Source of the DNA: Octopus bimaculoides | Taxonomy: Eukaryota | Direction: 5' to 3' | Assembly (NCBI RefSeq): GCF_001194135.2 | Contig: NC_068989.1 | Location: forward strand, 68,957,636-69,021,635 | Length of the DNA stretch: 64,000 nt | Shown here: positions 1 through 13,680 of the stretch, piece after piece | Layout of the letters: each line of letters starts with the position of its first letter | How positions within the stretch are numbered: position 1 is the first letter of the stretch | Notes under the pieces: model-generated | The model's input: only the letters and a program-made list of their open reading frames with translations | The model's database searches: none | What the model was told of the DNA's origin: nothing | Made by a program: the position numbers and the translations under genes

Positions 1-103
1 TTTCCTGGGTCGATAGATTAAGTACCAGTGAAACACTGGGGTCGATGTAATCGACTATCCCCATGCCCCAAATTTCAGGCCTTGTGCCTATAGTAGAAAG
101 GAT
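1..103 (+). mobile_element. SINE family A, 3' part (ends ...ggccttgtgcctatagtagaaaggatt + (AAT)n tail)
   Basis: Matches the 3' half of the near-complete copies at 16059-16270 and 53938-54157. Confidence 0.85.
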
Positions 104-502
104 TAATAATAATAATAATAATAATCATCATGATGATGATGAGCTGGCAGAATCGTTAGAATGTTGTACTAAATGCTTAGCGCCATTCCTCAGTTAACTC
201 TCAATGCGTAAATCCACTTATAGTTATACACATGCACTATGAATGGTAAGATCCAATTAATCGCTATAAACGACAGGATTATTAGTTAATTAAATGGTTA
301 ATTAATTTATGCATATTTTGTCATCATCTATGTGTTAATTAGTCTGAAACAGTCTATTGATTTCGAGAAGAATATATTAAATAACTCCGATTCGAAGTTA
401 TCAAGAAAACGTCGACATTTGATGTCTGAACTAAACTGATTGCTTCGTAGTGGACTCCTTTGTCGTATCTTGCATAGTGTGGAAAATGTGTGTGTGTGGG
501 TA

Positions 503-542
<40 letters not shown>

Positions 543-728
543 AGAGAGAGGCGGAAGATAGAGAGACTCCCTTGTTATTTCTGCATCAAAGCACTCTGTA
601 TATTTTATTTTACTTCATTTATTTATTACTTTTGTCGCTGGTGATTGCATCCTTTGCTGAGGGTACGTCGGTAAAAGATACACACACGAATACAAACATT
701 CATATATACATATACATGTTGCACTCAT

Positions 729-768
<40 letters not shown>

Positions 769-978
769 AAACATCCAGGTACATAAGCACAACATGCATG
801 AGCATGAAGGGCTCTGCACAGTTTCCGTCAACCAAATTTCACTCACAAACTCGTCATTAGTGAACTCAATCTTATAGCCAGAAAACATTTGCTCACGATA
901 CTGCGCAGTAGGATCGAGCTTAGAACAACATGATAACAGCTAAATCAACTGCTGAAAATAACGGCACAATAACGCCAA

Positions 979-1107
979 AGTTGACTTCGCCTTGCTTTCT
1001 TTCGGGGTCGATTAAATAAATACCAGTTGAGTACTAGGGTTCATGTAATCAACTAACCCCCACCTCCAAAAATTTGAGGCCTTGTGCCTATAGTAGAACG
1101 GTTTATT
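979..1107 (+). mobile_element. SINE family A, 5'-truncated copy
   Basis: gttgacttcgcc...ggggtcgat...ggccttgtgcctatagtagaa followed by an (ATT/GTT)n tail; homologous to 16059-16270. Confidence 0.8.
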
Positions 1108-1220
1108 ATTATTATTGTTGTTGTTGTTGTTATTATTATTATTACTAGTATATTCATATAACACCCAAACAAAGAAAAGCAACGTAACAAGTTTCTTGTG
1201 TATCATGTTCACATCACAAG

Positions 1221-1276
1221 AAGGCAGTGGATTGGTCGCCGTGGAGCGAACATCGGCGAATCGTACAAAATTGCAG
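1221..1276 (+). CDS. Candidate small internal exon (unverified)
   Basis: GC-rich 56-nt island bounded by acaag| and cag|gtaaat. All three frames are open (KAVDWSPWSEHRRIVQNC / RQWIGRRGANIGESYKIA / GSGLVAVERTSANRTKLQ). No partner exons identified. Confidence 0.25.
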
Positions 1277-1536
1277 GTAAATAACTAATAGATTCATACA
1301 AGACAAATAAAACCAAGTGTGCTTTTGAAGTTGATCTTGCAAAAATCTGTATCGATAACATACATATGTGAAATTACGCCATTAACAATGTAACACTGTC
1401 ACTTTCAGTTTGTTTGGAACAATGGACGAATTATTCCTCTTAACTGTTTTGTTATTTTGTTTTGATTATTCTCTCAGGTAAACTTTAGACGTGTGTGTTG
1501 CACATGGTATGTATGAATGGATAAGCATATATATAC

Positions 1537-1569
<33 letters not shown>

Positions 1570-1680
1570 TGTATGTATGTATGCATGTATGTATGTATGT
1601 ACATGGACACACACATACACACACACGTATATATATACACGGATGCACACACACACACACAGACATATATATACATACAA

Positions 1681-1734
<54 letters not shown>

Positions 1735-2177
1735 NNNNNNNNNNNNNNNNNNNNNNNNNNNNNNNNNNNNNNNNNNNNNNNNNNNNNNNNNNNNNNNNNN
1801 NNNNNNNNNNNNNNNNNNNNNNNNNNNNNNNNNNNNNNNNNNNNNNNNNNNNNNNNNNNNNNNNNNNNNNNNNNNNNNNNNNNNNNNNNNNNNNNNNNNN
1901 NNNNNNNNNNNNNNNNNNNNNNNNNNNNNNNNNNNNNNNNNNNNNNNNNNNNNNNNNNNNNNNNNNNNNNNNNNNNNNNNNNNNNNNNNNNNNNNNNNNN
2001 NNNNNNNNNNNNNNNNNNNNNNNNNNNNNNNNNNNNNNNNNNNNNNNNNNNNNNNNNNNNNNNNNNNNNNNNNNNNNNNNNNNNNNNNNNNNNNNNNNNN
2101 NNNNNNNNNNNNNNNNNNNNNNNNNNNNNNNNNNNNNNNNNNNNNNNNNNNNNNNNNNNNNNNNNNNNNNNNNNNNN

Positions 2178-2227
<50 letters not shown>

Positions 2228-2924
2228 GTGTGTGTGTGTGTTATGTTGCTCTTTCTCACCTAAATAGATATCCGGTGTTTTTAACAGGCAGCATTGTGAC
2301 ACATGATGTAAATAGCACCAGAATCGGGAAACAGAAATGAAGACAAAAAAGTCGGTCAGCTGAAAATAGACAGTGATTCGCCGCTGCTCACTAAAATATA
2401 GACAGGTTAAAATAGATATAATTTGATTAAATGGAGGTGAAACTAGATATAGATCACAGCTTTTTCGTCAAGATGGCAATGGTGTTAGTAAGTGGTTGTG
2501 ATTCTAAACCAAATAGATGAGCATGATAGAGTCAATAACACTTTCGACTGACAAAACCAGATCTTATCACTAGAAAACCCTTCTCTAAATGATTGAACCG
2601 TTCATTTATTGTATTAACTGCGATTAAGAATCTAAAATTATGGCCAGTATAGTGCAATTTTCTCTTAGGGTTGTTTTTCGGAGATTGAAAATGGAGCGGA
2701 TTGTTTACTATGTTTAATAAAATTAAGATGGCTTCCTAGCTTTTAAACTTGTCATGCATCAGAATGAAGAAAAAAAGTTATGGATACGAAATTATTCTAT
2801 CGTTTCATTAATGCCTTTGATACCAACCCACCTGAGACAGACAGCATCCAGGATCTCGGATGCTAATTTCAAGTTTAAAATGATCTAAATTAAAAGGTTC
2901 CGTCAAAACATTAAATAAAAAAAA

Positions 2925-3170
2925 ACAGGAAAAATAATCCAGAATCTTTGTCCGGTACCGGATCGATCCCAAAATCTAATCAGTTACGTGCGAGTTACGA
3001 AGCCAAATATCCCTGAAAGTTTCATCCGAATCCATCCAGCGGTTCTTCGGATATCTTCCCACGGACAAATAAGCAAGGAGGGGGGAGGGGGAGGGGGAGA
3101 AGAAGAAGAAAGTGAGAGAGAGAGACAGCAGGGAATGCATCACAAAACGAATCATTTACTTGTTCGTTCT
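2925..3170 (+). mobile_element. Non-autonomous Helitron/Helentron-like (HINE/DINE-type) element remnant
   Basis: tccggtaccgga palindrome, then aaagtttcatccgaatccatccagcggtt...acggacaaa and a microsatellite. This architecture is typical of invertebrate Helitron-associated non-autonomous repeats (recognised from memory). Confidence 0.5.
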
Positions 3171-3918
3171 CTTAGATGAATGTCTTCCAGGATCGCTATA
3201 ACCAAAACACTATGACATGCTTTGAAGTGCTAAAACAGCACACGCAATTTTGTAAAGNNNNNNNNNNNNNNNNNNNNNNNNNNNNNNNNNNNNNNNNNNN
3301 NNNNNNNNNNNNNNNNNNNNNNNNNNNNNNNNNNNNNNNNNNNNNNNNNNNNNNNNNNNNNNNNNNNNNNNNNNNNNNNNNNNNNNNNNNNNNNNNNNNN
3401 NNNNNNNNNNNNNNNNNNNNNNNNNNNNNNNNNNNNNNNNNNNNNNNNNNNNNNNNNNNNNNNNNNNNNNNNNNNNNNNNNNNNNNNNNNNNNNNNNNNN
3501 NNNNNNNNNNNNNNNNNNNNNNNNNNNNNNNNNNNNNNNNNNNNNNNNNNNNNNNNNNNNNNNNNNNNNNNNNNNNNNNNNNNNNNNNNNNNNNNNNNNN
3601 NNNNNNNNNNNNNNNNNNNNNNNNNNNNNNNNNNNNNNNNNNNNNNNNNNNNNNNNNNNNNNNNNNNNNNNNNNNTGTAAGTATATAGGTAGGTAGGTAG
3701 GTAGGTAGGTAGGTAGGTAGGTAGGTAGGTAGGTAGGTACGAAGGCATATAAATATGCACGTATGTCTTATTATATACAAACGTTGTTGAAACTATACAC
3801 ATATTTGCATTCATATCATTATAAGTGTATGAATTTATGTATTCCTGGTTTGATTTTTTTCAAGATATGGGTATTTGTTAGTGCATGGTTGTTTATGCAT
3901 GTATGTGTGTATGCATGC

Positions 3919-3956
<38 letters not shown>

Positions 3957-4544
3957 NNNNNNNNNNNNNNNNNNNNNNNNNNNNNNNNNNNNNNNNNNNN
4001 NNNNNNNNNNNNNNNNNNNNNNNNNNNNNNNNNNNNNNNNNNNNNNNNNNNNNNNNNNNNNNNNNNNNNNNNNNNNNNNNNNNNNNNNNNNNNNNNNNNN
4101 NNNNNNNNNNNNNNNNNNNNNNNNNNNNNNNNNNNNNNNNNNNNNNNNNNNNNNNNNNNNNNNNNNNNNNNNNNNNNNNNNNNNNNNNNNNNNNNNNNNN
4201 NNNNNNNNNNNNNNNNNNNNNNNNNNNNNNNNNNNNNNNNNNNNNNNNNNNNNNNNNNNNNNNNNNNNNNNNNNNNNNNNNNNNNNNNNNNNNNNNNNNN
4301 NNNNNNNNNNNNNNNNNNNNNNNNNNNNNNNNNNNNNNNNNNNNNNNNNNNNNNNNNNNNNNNNNNNNNNNNNNNNNNNNNNNNNNNNNNNNNNNNNNNN
4401 NNNNNNNNNNNNNNNNNNNNNNNNNNNNNNNNNNNNNNNNNNNNNNNNNNNNNNNNNNNNNNNNNNNNNNNNNNNNNATCTAAATAAAATATTAAATGCA
4501 GTGCAAAACAGGAAAAAAAAAATAACAAATAAAACAAAAATTCA

Positions 4545-4731
4545 CTACTACTACTACTACTGCTGCTGTTGCTGCTACTGCTGCTGCTGCTGCTACTGCT
4601 GCTGCTACTACCACTACCACTACCACTACCACCACCACCGCCACCACATCCACCACCGTCGCTACCGCCACCACCACTACTACTGCTGCTGTTACTGTTA
4701 CCACTACCACTACCACTACTACTACTACTAT

Positions 4732-4775
<44 letters not shown>

Positions 4776-4777
4776 TT
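4545..4777. repeat. Compound trinucleotide microsatellite (CTA/CTG/CCA)n
   Basis: Directly visible. Confidence 0.95.
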
Positions 4778-4879
4778 GAACTTGAGTGCTATCGTGTCCA
4801 CTATAGGCCCAAGATACTCTCCTCTTATTATTTATGTAACTGAAACTTCGAAGTTTTGTGACAGCATATGCATTATGGC

Positions 4880-5300
4880 TTCATAGATCTAATATAGAGA
4901 TTTGAAAGTCTTTGTTCAAAAGCTCCCTGCAGATGTGTTTGAAATTCAGAAAAGAAATAAGAGGGGGATAACTACTGTAAAACTCAGCCAATCTAAAATG
5001 GTGGTGGTGGTGGTGGTGCGAAATAACGTTCAATAAGACAGGACAAGTTGGGCTAAAACAAAAGCTGTGTCGTAATCTTGTAATATGACGTAAGCTCAAA
5101 TTTCGTAAAAGGTGTAAAGCACTGGCATTTAGTCTTGGGTGACTTCTGAACTGAATGCTGATTTCGCTTTGAAAGTGTTGATAGAATGTTTTCCACAAAG
5201 TACAAATACTGTAGCGCTCACAGCGGTGTTGAAGAGAATAAAGTTTGAGCTTGGTGAGATGATTCCCAATAAACAAGGGCTATTATGCCATTTGCACACA
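4880..5300 (-). mobile_element. Decayed CR1/L2-type LINE, RT C-terminal region
   Basis: Minus-strand peptide KLKLYSLQHRCERYSICTLWK resembles the L.LYSL.RRR.RY....WK motif at the end of CR1/L2-group ORF2; frameshifted. Confidence 0.55.
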
Positions 5301-6418
5301 AGGACACTATTTCTTTTGGATATTTTCATCATCACATTGCACCCTTGTTAAACTCCCTTTGTTTTCATTCCAAATTTTTCTCCGGAATGAATTTATATTT
5401 GTCTTCCGAAAGAAACCTCTGGGACCGTCATTGATTGGCCCCTTATCCTCAGTCGATTGTTGACTAATTTCAAATGAATATTTTTCTTTCGTCAGCTCCC
5501 TTTCAATACCGGATGTTTCTTACCGACGGTTTTACGTAATTCCTGTTTGTAAACACATTAATCTATACACAAAACTTCTCTTGTTCCTACGTCAAACATT
5601 GTCTTTGTTTTGTGTATGTAAATTGCTGTATGCGTGCATACTTGTATACTTGTATGTATATGTGTATGTCTGCATGCATGTATGCATGTTTGTATGAATT
5701 GATGCGTATAAATATATATATGTACCCATGTATGTATGCATGCCTCTGTGCATACTTCTATGTGTGTGTGTGTTTGAATGCATGTATGTATGCTTGTATG
5801 CATTTATGCATGAGTGTATGTATGTATGTATGCATGCATGCATGCATGTATGTATGTAAGTATGTATATATGTATGTATGTATGTATACGCATGTATGTA
5901 TGATTTATTTGGAATATGTATATATATTTTTTGCAAAATTCAAGCTGAGAAGACTCAAGTGATGACTGCTCTAAGGGACTTTTGGAATTGTGAATTACTT
6001 AGACTGTGCATATATATATATATATATATANNNNNNNNNNNNNNNNNNNNNNNNNNNNNNNNNNNNNNNNNNNNNNNNNNNNNNNNNNNNNNNNNNNNNN
6101 NNNNNNNNNNNNNNNNNNNNNNNNNNNNNNNNNNNNNNNNNNNNNNNNNNNNNNNNNNNNNNNNNNNNNNNNNNNNNNNNNNNNNNNNNNNNNNNNNNNN
6201 NNNNNNNNNNNNNNNNNNNNNNNNNNNNNNNNNNNNNNNNNNNNNNNNNNNNNNNNNNNNNNNNNNNNNNNNNNNNNNNNNNNNNNNNNNNNNNNNNNNN
6301 NNNNNNNNNNNNNNNNNNNNNNNNNNNNNNNNNNNNNNNNNNNNNNNNNNNNNNNNNNNNNNNNNNNNNNNNNNNNNNNNNNNNNNNNNNNNNNNNNNNN
6401 NNNNNNNNNNNNNNNNNN

Positions 6419-6451
<33 letters not shown>

Positions 6452-7121
6452 CACACACATATACTTATGTGTCTGTGTGCGTTTTATATATGCACATATC
6501 CAGGTAGCCAGTGCTTACATGCATGTGTATGCACGTACATGTAATATTGCATTGTGTATCTGTATGACTACATACACATACATGTAAAACAAGATTATAC
6601 ATGCATGCATAAATACATGCATTTTGTTGAGACGTTCTATGAACCTCAGAGACGATAAAGAAGTCGCTGTCTTGTACAGCATACATTCTGTACCAAGCTA
6701 CCAGGTCCTTCCCTAACCCAACCCTACATACCTATCCACCTTTTTCTCTACTTTGTTGCCTACTCCCCTTCATACTTGCCTATTTATCTAACAAACTTAT
6801 CTAGCTACTTGACAGCCTATATACCTATTTGAATGCACACACACACACACACACACACGCACGCGCGCGCACACACATTTATCTATCCATATATATGTAT
6901 ATATATATATATACATATATTATACTATTATACAAAAACACATATCTACATTCATTGATGCATGCATACATATATGCATGTAAGCATTCATACAATAAAT
7001 GTTGTTATACCTGTGTGTAATATACATGATTATGTAATTCTTTCTAACTGTATATATATATATCTACAGATACGCCTATATTCATATATATTATTTATTT
7101 ATATGTATATGAATCTATACA

Positions 7122-7216
<95 letters not shown>

Positions 7217-7602
7217 GGAAAGGCTTCAAATTCGTAGCGTCAACACTATGACATAAAAATTAGCAACGTAAGCGCGTGAAACATGACCATAAAATAGACG
7301 ACCATAAAGCAGACGACCACCCTTCTGCAGATAGAGCTGACCTCAGAGATTAAACTCAATGTTTGCCGTGGAATGCCAGCTAACTTCTAGTGTACTGTTA
7401 TGACATTGATTTGTAGAAACGAAATAACAAAAGTAAATATATAGAACTACCACCAGCTCGTTACTTTGGCGTACATATATCTGCAGGTGTTTTGTTATAT
7501 ATTTAGGTATATCCACGCAAATTTTATTAGTCTGATGTTGGCTATAGCTACCTATACTCAACTACTGTAAACTAACTATTCATATGTAAATTTACTTATA
7601 TA

Positions 7603-7767
7603 GGAGTGGCTGTGTGGTAAGTAGCTTGCTTACCAACCACATGGTTCCGGGTTCATTCCCACTGCGTGGCACCTTGGGCAAGTGTCTTCTACTATAGCCT
7701 CGGGCCGACCAAAGCCTTGTGAGTGGATTTGGTAGGCGGAAACTGAGAGAAGCCCGTCGTATATATG

Positions 7768-7812
<45 letters not shown>

Positions 7813-7929
7813 NNNNNNNNNNNNNNNNNNNNNNNNNNNNNNNNNNNNNNNNNNNNNNNNNNNNNNNNNNNNNNNNNNNNNNNNNNNNNNNNNNNNNNNN
7901 NNNNNNNNNNNNNNNNNNNNNNNNNNNNN

Positions 7930-7971
<42 letters not shown>

Positions 7972-8005
7972 CTTGTGTGTCTGTGTTTGTCCCCCAAAGA
8001 CATTC
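7603..8005 (+). mobile_element. SINE family B (tRNA-like head, internal TA/TG microsatellite), contains a gap
   Basis: ggagtggctgtgtggtaag...ggttcattcccactgcgtggcaccttgggcaagtgtcttctactatagcctcgggccgaccaaagcc; shared with 14160, 21395 and 23170. Confidence 0.9.
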
Positions 8006-8084
8006 AACGACCCTCGACTACAACGAATTAGGTACGGCATAATAAAGAGGTTTTCTTTATGAAATTATGCTATGTCTCTGTTTC

Positions 8085-8265
8085 TACTTCCGGTCAATAT
8101 GCTTTCATTTATTTTTAACCCCTTAAACTACATGTTAACCCTAGCTTGTGCCACTGGTGCTGTACTGTTACCTCAAACAACTTTATTCATTCAACAACTG
8201 AATAGACTTTGTTCTAACTTATATATTAAGAATGATATCCACGTGTGGAGTTTTAGTCAGTATCT
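8085..8265 (+). repeat. Diverged member of the CACGTG-core repeat family (X-like unit)
   Basis: tttaac..ccctt..tta.cc.agct.tg..cactgg.gct and cacgtgt.ga.tttt align by eye with 58690-58890 and 62860-63085. Confidence 0.5.
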
Positions 8266-8659
8266 TTCCAGATTTCCCATAGAAATTATAGTAGCCAGCA
8301 CTGATTTTGTTAAGTCGTTTCGTATCCGAGACGAGACGAGACCTTCGTATGGAGAGGGAAGGGCAGAGAGAGAGAGAGAGAGAAATACACACATCATAAA
8401 TACGAATCTGATTATGTAGAACTCTAACACGTTCAAATTCTGGCGTGATTTAAGAGCACTGCTAACAACAGTAGTACACGGTATTGGCTTATAAAATCGT
8501 TTAATATACTTCATAGTATATTATGGTTCCATAACGAGGTGTCGTGTTCCTACAAGTCATTGATATTCAATTCAGGCAGGAAAAGCTAGCTACACGAGAC
8601 AAACCGGTATTTCAGTACAGAGAGGGAATTAATGTTCCATCCTCTTGAGAGAGGCCATC

Positions 8660-8810
8660 GTCGTCCAGCAATGTTCGATCAATTGGATTATCTGCTCCTG
8701 AATTAATGTGCAAAATTGCTGAGTATTCCACAGACAGTGTACCTTTAAGGTAATTCTCAGACAGACTATATGTATGACAAGGCTAACTTTTTGAATTACA
8801 CGCAGTTTCC
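8660..8810 (-). mobile_element. 3' tail fragment of SINE family C
   Basis: The reverse complement resembles the tails at 28085-28150 and 30900-31085. Confidence 0.55.
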
Positions 8811-9887
8811 GTCCACACATTTTCGCTTATAAGGTCACCCTGAAGCCTAGACAAGAAATGACATTTGCCCAAGGTGCGAAACAGTGAGATCGGACCTGGT
8901 GCCTCGTGGCTGTGAAGCGAACCTCACAAACCATTCGGCCACCTATTTCACTTCTCTTAACAAACAGTAATTTGAATTCTATGAATTCAAATTGGTGACA
9001 CTTACACACACACGACGAGCATTTTTTACACAGTTTTCTTCTAATATATATATAATAAATACGTGTGTGTTTCTGCACATATTTATGTGTGTGTTCGTAT
9101 ATATATATATATATATNNNNNNNNNNNNNNNNNNNNNNNNNNNNNNNNNNNNNNNNNNNNNNNNNNNNNNNNNNNNNNNNNNNNNNNNNNNNNNNNNNNN
9201 NNNNNNNNNNNNNNNNNNNNNNNNNNNNNNNNNNNNNNNNNNNNNNNNNNNNNNNNNNNNNNNNNNNNNNNNNNNNNNNNNNNNNNNNNNNNNNNNNNNN
9301 NNNNNNNNNNNNNNNNNNNNNNNNNNNNNNNNNNNNNNNNNNNNNNNNNNNNNNNATATATATATATATATATATATATAAACGACAGGCTTCCGCACAG
9401 TTCTTTTTCTACCACGTTCGCTCACAGGATTATTGACCGGCGTCTCGGGGTTAAATCAAGGTTATTGCAGAAGATTGGGTGCCTCGTTGTGGGACTGAAC
9501 GTGAAATCGCTTGGTTTTGCGAAGCGAGCTTAATTAATTAACTTAACAACACCTTCACACACACGCACAGTCAGCCAAGCTCCCCCATACTTGACATTCC
9601 AAATGAAGAAAGAAAATGTGTGAAATTATTTCACCTCACTGATGTCGCTAACGGTGAAAAAGTATAAATGTCACAGCTTTCTATTGTGAGTCGATACTTG
9701 CTCCCTTAACTTACATCATTAATGCCATTAGGAAAGAAAGAAACAGACATAGCTATGTCATATTCTCACCATCGCCCACCACCATCATCACTACCCTATT
9801 ACACGTAAAAATTAAAAAAGTGGGGCGCCCTGTGGCTAAATAAGAGAAATCAATATTGTATAATAAACAGTGTTGAGGGCGATGGAT

Positions 9888-10050
9888 TGGAAGAATCGTT
9901 AGAGCGTCGGACAAACTGTCCGGTGATATTTAGTTATCAACCTTTCCATTTTGATTAAAATTCCGTCCAAATCAACTTTGCCTTTCATCTTTCCGGGATC
10001 GATAATATAAAGGATTGAAGTACCAGTCTAACTTGGCTCTGGAATCGATT
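9888..10050 (+). mobile_element. SINE family A, diverged copy
   Basis: gaatcgttagagcgtcggacaaa...caactttgcctttcatc...gatcgata. Confidence 0.65.
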
Positions 10051-11528
10051 TGATCGATTGCTTAAGTGTGTGTATGTGTGTGTGTGCACGCTATATATAT
10101 ATATATATATATNNNNNNNNNNNNNNNNNNNNNNNNNNNNNNNNNNNNNNNNNNNNNNNNNNNNNNNNNNNNNNNNNNNNNNNNNNNNNNNNNNNNNNNN
10201 NNNNNNNNNNNNNNNNNNNNNNNNNNNNNNNNNNNNNNNNNNNNNNNNNNNNNNNNNNNNNNNNNNNNNNNNNNNNNNNNNNNNNNNNNNNNNNNNNNNN
10301 NNNNNNNNNNNNNNNNNNNNNNNNNNNNNNNNNNNNNNNNNNNNNNNNNNNNNNNNNNNNNNNNNNNNNNNNNNNNNNNNNNNNNNNNNNNNNNNNNNNN
10401 NNNNNNNNNNNNNNNNNNNNNNNNNNNNNNNNNNNNNNNNNNNNNNNNNNNNNNNNNNNNNNNNNNNNNNNNNNNNNNNNNNNNNNNNNNNNNNNNNNNN
10501 NNNNNNNNNNNNNNNNNNNNNNNNNNNNNNNNNNNNNNNNNNNNNNNNNNNNNNNNNNNNNNNNNNNNNNNNNNNNNNNNNNNNNNNNNNNNNNNNNNNN
10601 NNNNNNNNNNNNNNNNNNNNNNNNNNNNNNNNNNNNNNNNNNNNNNNNNNNNNNNNNNNNNNNNNNNNNNNNNNNNNNNNNNNNNNNNNNNNNNNNNNNN
10701 NNNNNNNNNNNNNNNNNNNNNNNNNNNNNNNNNNNNNNNNNNNNNNNNNNNNNNNNNNNNNNNNNNNNNNNNNNNNNNNNNNNNNNNNNNNNNNNNNNNN
10801 NNNNNNNNNNNNNNCAGTTTATCTTTGAATGTAATGTGATGTGTCACAAATGCAAGTCTTTCTAAGGAAATCTTTCACTTTCTTGGCCATTGACTTCAAC
10901 CGGAAATCACAGGTACGAAGAAAAAAGTTAAAAAAAGAAAAAACAGCAAAAGCAGGAATCGAACCTACACTTCTTCACTTAGTCGTTTATACGTCCATGG
11001 AGGAAGGTCAAAGGTTATAAACTTGCATGAACTCCCTGGGAACACAACGACAGAAAAAAGTCATTGACGACTGGGGCGTTTAGCCCGGGCTGTTTACCTA
11101 TTTTCCTTGTCAAATTGCCATGAATACACCGTTCTCTGAATAAAGGTTATAAACATTTTTATTATGAAACAAGAACGAGGGCGGCGATGAGAATTTGTGA
11201 CAATAAAGCTTAGCGCACACACACATATACGTATGCGCACACACACATATGTACGTATGCACACGCATACGTACATATTTATATATACGTCATTATCGAT
11301 CGGTATGTTTTTTTATGACAAAATGTATAGAAAGATATGTGAGGATACCATATTGTTGAAGTTATGTCTTACGTGAAAAAGATTACAAACAGGGAAGAGA
11401 AAGGCATTAGAGAGCGTAAAATAAAGAGGAGAGAAAGACTGATAGACTTAATTGATGAGAGGGAGAGAAGAAAATAAAAGTAGTAAGGGTAAGAGGTGAG
11501 AACTAATGAATGCAAGAGCTTGATAGAG

Positions 11529-11579
<51 letters not shown>

Positions 11580-12187
11580 AGAGTGAGAGTCAGTAAAGCA
11601 ACTGATGAGAAAAAATAAGAAAAATAATGAAGGTGCGAGAAAGAGAGGGGGAGAATGAGAAAAGGGATGAAACTGAAATAAAATAGTGAGGGAGAGAGAA
11701 AGAGAGAACAATGAGAGTGAGGTTATATGGGGAAAATATTAGGGGACAAATAAGAGTGACATGAGAAAGGAGAGTGGAAAAGAAAAAAAAAGCGATAGAG
11801 GAAGGGTCGATTGTTTATCCGTAAAAGAAAAGAGAAAATTAGCAACTGGAGGAAAAGAAAAAAAATTTCACTTAAAAAGAAAAATCGGTTAAATGTTAAA
11901 TATGAATATAAACATTAAAGGAGTTGAGAATGAGTGAGGCTATTCAAAATACAAAGTAATGAAGCGGTTATTTAAGACAATAAGAAGAAAATGCATACGA
12001 GATGGATTAGTAAGAGAAAAACAAAACAAGAGAGAACAGAGGATTGAGAGATAGAGAGAAAGAATAAGTTTCAAATTGGAGAAAATGTTGATGAGAGTCA
12101 GGAGAGAAGCGGACGGAGTGTGAAACGAAAATGAGAAAGAGAGAACGGAAGAGGAGATGAAGGAGAATATAACTAGCGATAACATAG

Positions 12188-12247
<60 letters not shown>

Positions 12248-13594
12248 TCTCATAAAGCTGTCATGAAGTCTCAAATGGTGCTGGACGTGACAGAAAAATC
12301 GTGCTTGATGAACTTCTATGTGTAAAAATATTCACACATTAATTGTATACACAAAGAGATATTGTAGATATTAAAAATAATATAGTTGTAAAGAAACTAA
12401 TGTGGCAAGGTTATTTAAAGTTGTGTAGAAGACGTCAGAAATAAAAAGGAGAGACAGAGGCGAGGGAGAGTTTGAAGAGTAAAGAAGAAAAAACAACTTG
12501 AAAGACATGAAGACGAAGGTGGGAGTGAATAAAGAATAAACAAGAATTGGGTTAATAAAAATCTTTTTCCTTTGCCACGCCCACTTCGGTATGGCCCGAT
12601 TTTTTTAACCAATGAAAACAGAGCAGGTTTTTCTCATCAGGCGTTTGACAAGTTCTCAATTATTTCCCTTTATAGCGCTATTTAATATTCATCTTTTTAT
12701 CTCGATCGCCAGAATTAATCTTGTTATTCTCTTTACCGGAGACGGAAGTTCTAAAAATTATTCAGTTTTCTCTTCGAGTTATTTCTTTTATATCAGCGAT
12801 TTTTAAATAGAAAAGAAAAAAAAACATTGAAAAGGAAATTGAATATTTCTTTTCGCTTTTAATAATTTTCTAGCATTAATTTTTGATCCTATTAAAAGTT
12901 GAATAGCGAGTTTCTAAACTTCAATCGATTAGTGTTTGTTTCGAGTTGGAGATGCATTTACTTAGAGATATTTTTTTAATACTATAATTTATATGAAGGA
13001 AATCACGCCTACACATTTTAAATTTAACGGAGCAAGTTCTATGATTCTTGAAATAACCAAATTACATCGAATTACATACATCGATTTGAGGCTAACAACT
13101 TCATTTCGGATCACAAACGCGGCTAGCAACATTTACATCACTTTCTATTTCCAAATCCAATATCCGATTAAATATTTTTCTCTTAAATACATGATCAGTT
13201 TTTCTTTTTCTTAAAAAAAAAAGTAGTTGAATGAGGCAAAAACTGGTATTTATAACTATCGACTTAAAGAGGAATGCATCAAACTAGATTGGTTTAAAGT
13301 CTGTCGTTATTTGCTGTCTTGTTTGGGCTGTAAGGTTAAAATGCAGTTTGGTGGTTTAAAAAATGGCCATAAATTGACCAGAGGTGAAGACAGTAACATC
13401 CCATTATTTCATAAAGCGAACAGCTGAAATTTTATGATTTTATATAGTACCTTCTAGTAATATCTTATGTGTTTCAGAAATAGCAGCTGAAATACAACGT
13501 TCCAACGTAACTATATCCAGCATAAATGTGATTGTTTTCATCTTATACCAAATATATGCTATGTTCTACACATTAGTTATGTAACACAGATCTC

Positions 13595-13680
13595 ATTGCC
13601 ATCACTTCCGGCCAATTGCTTTTAAAACCCTAAACTGCATGTTAACCAGCAATAAGCTCACTGCTTTACTTTATCCAAAT
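13595..13680 (+). repeat. Diverged member of the CACGTG-core repeat family (partial)
   Basis: acttccggccaattgcttttaaaaccctaaactgcatgttaacc is closely similar to 8085-8140; this copy lacks the CACGTG core. Confidence 0.5.

Noticed and set aside
8072-8419. 115-aa ORF as a stand-alone secreted protein gene
   Set aside because: It ends in a GA microsatellite and, relative to the related units, shows a frameshift at the CACGTG core; retained only as a repeat-family member.
10940-10985. tRNA-like 3' half on the minus strand (ggttcgattcctgc + T-run)
   Set aside because: Only a B-box/T-arm is recognisable; no D-arm or cloverleaf, so at most a relic.
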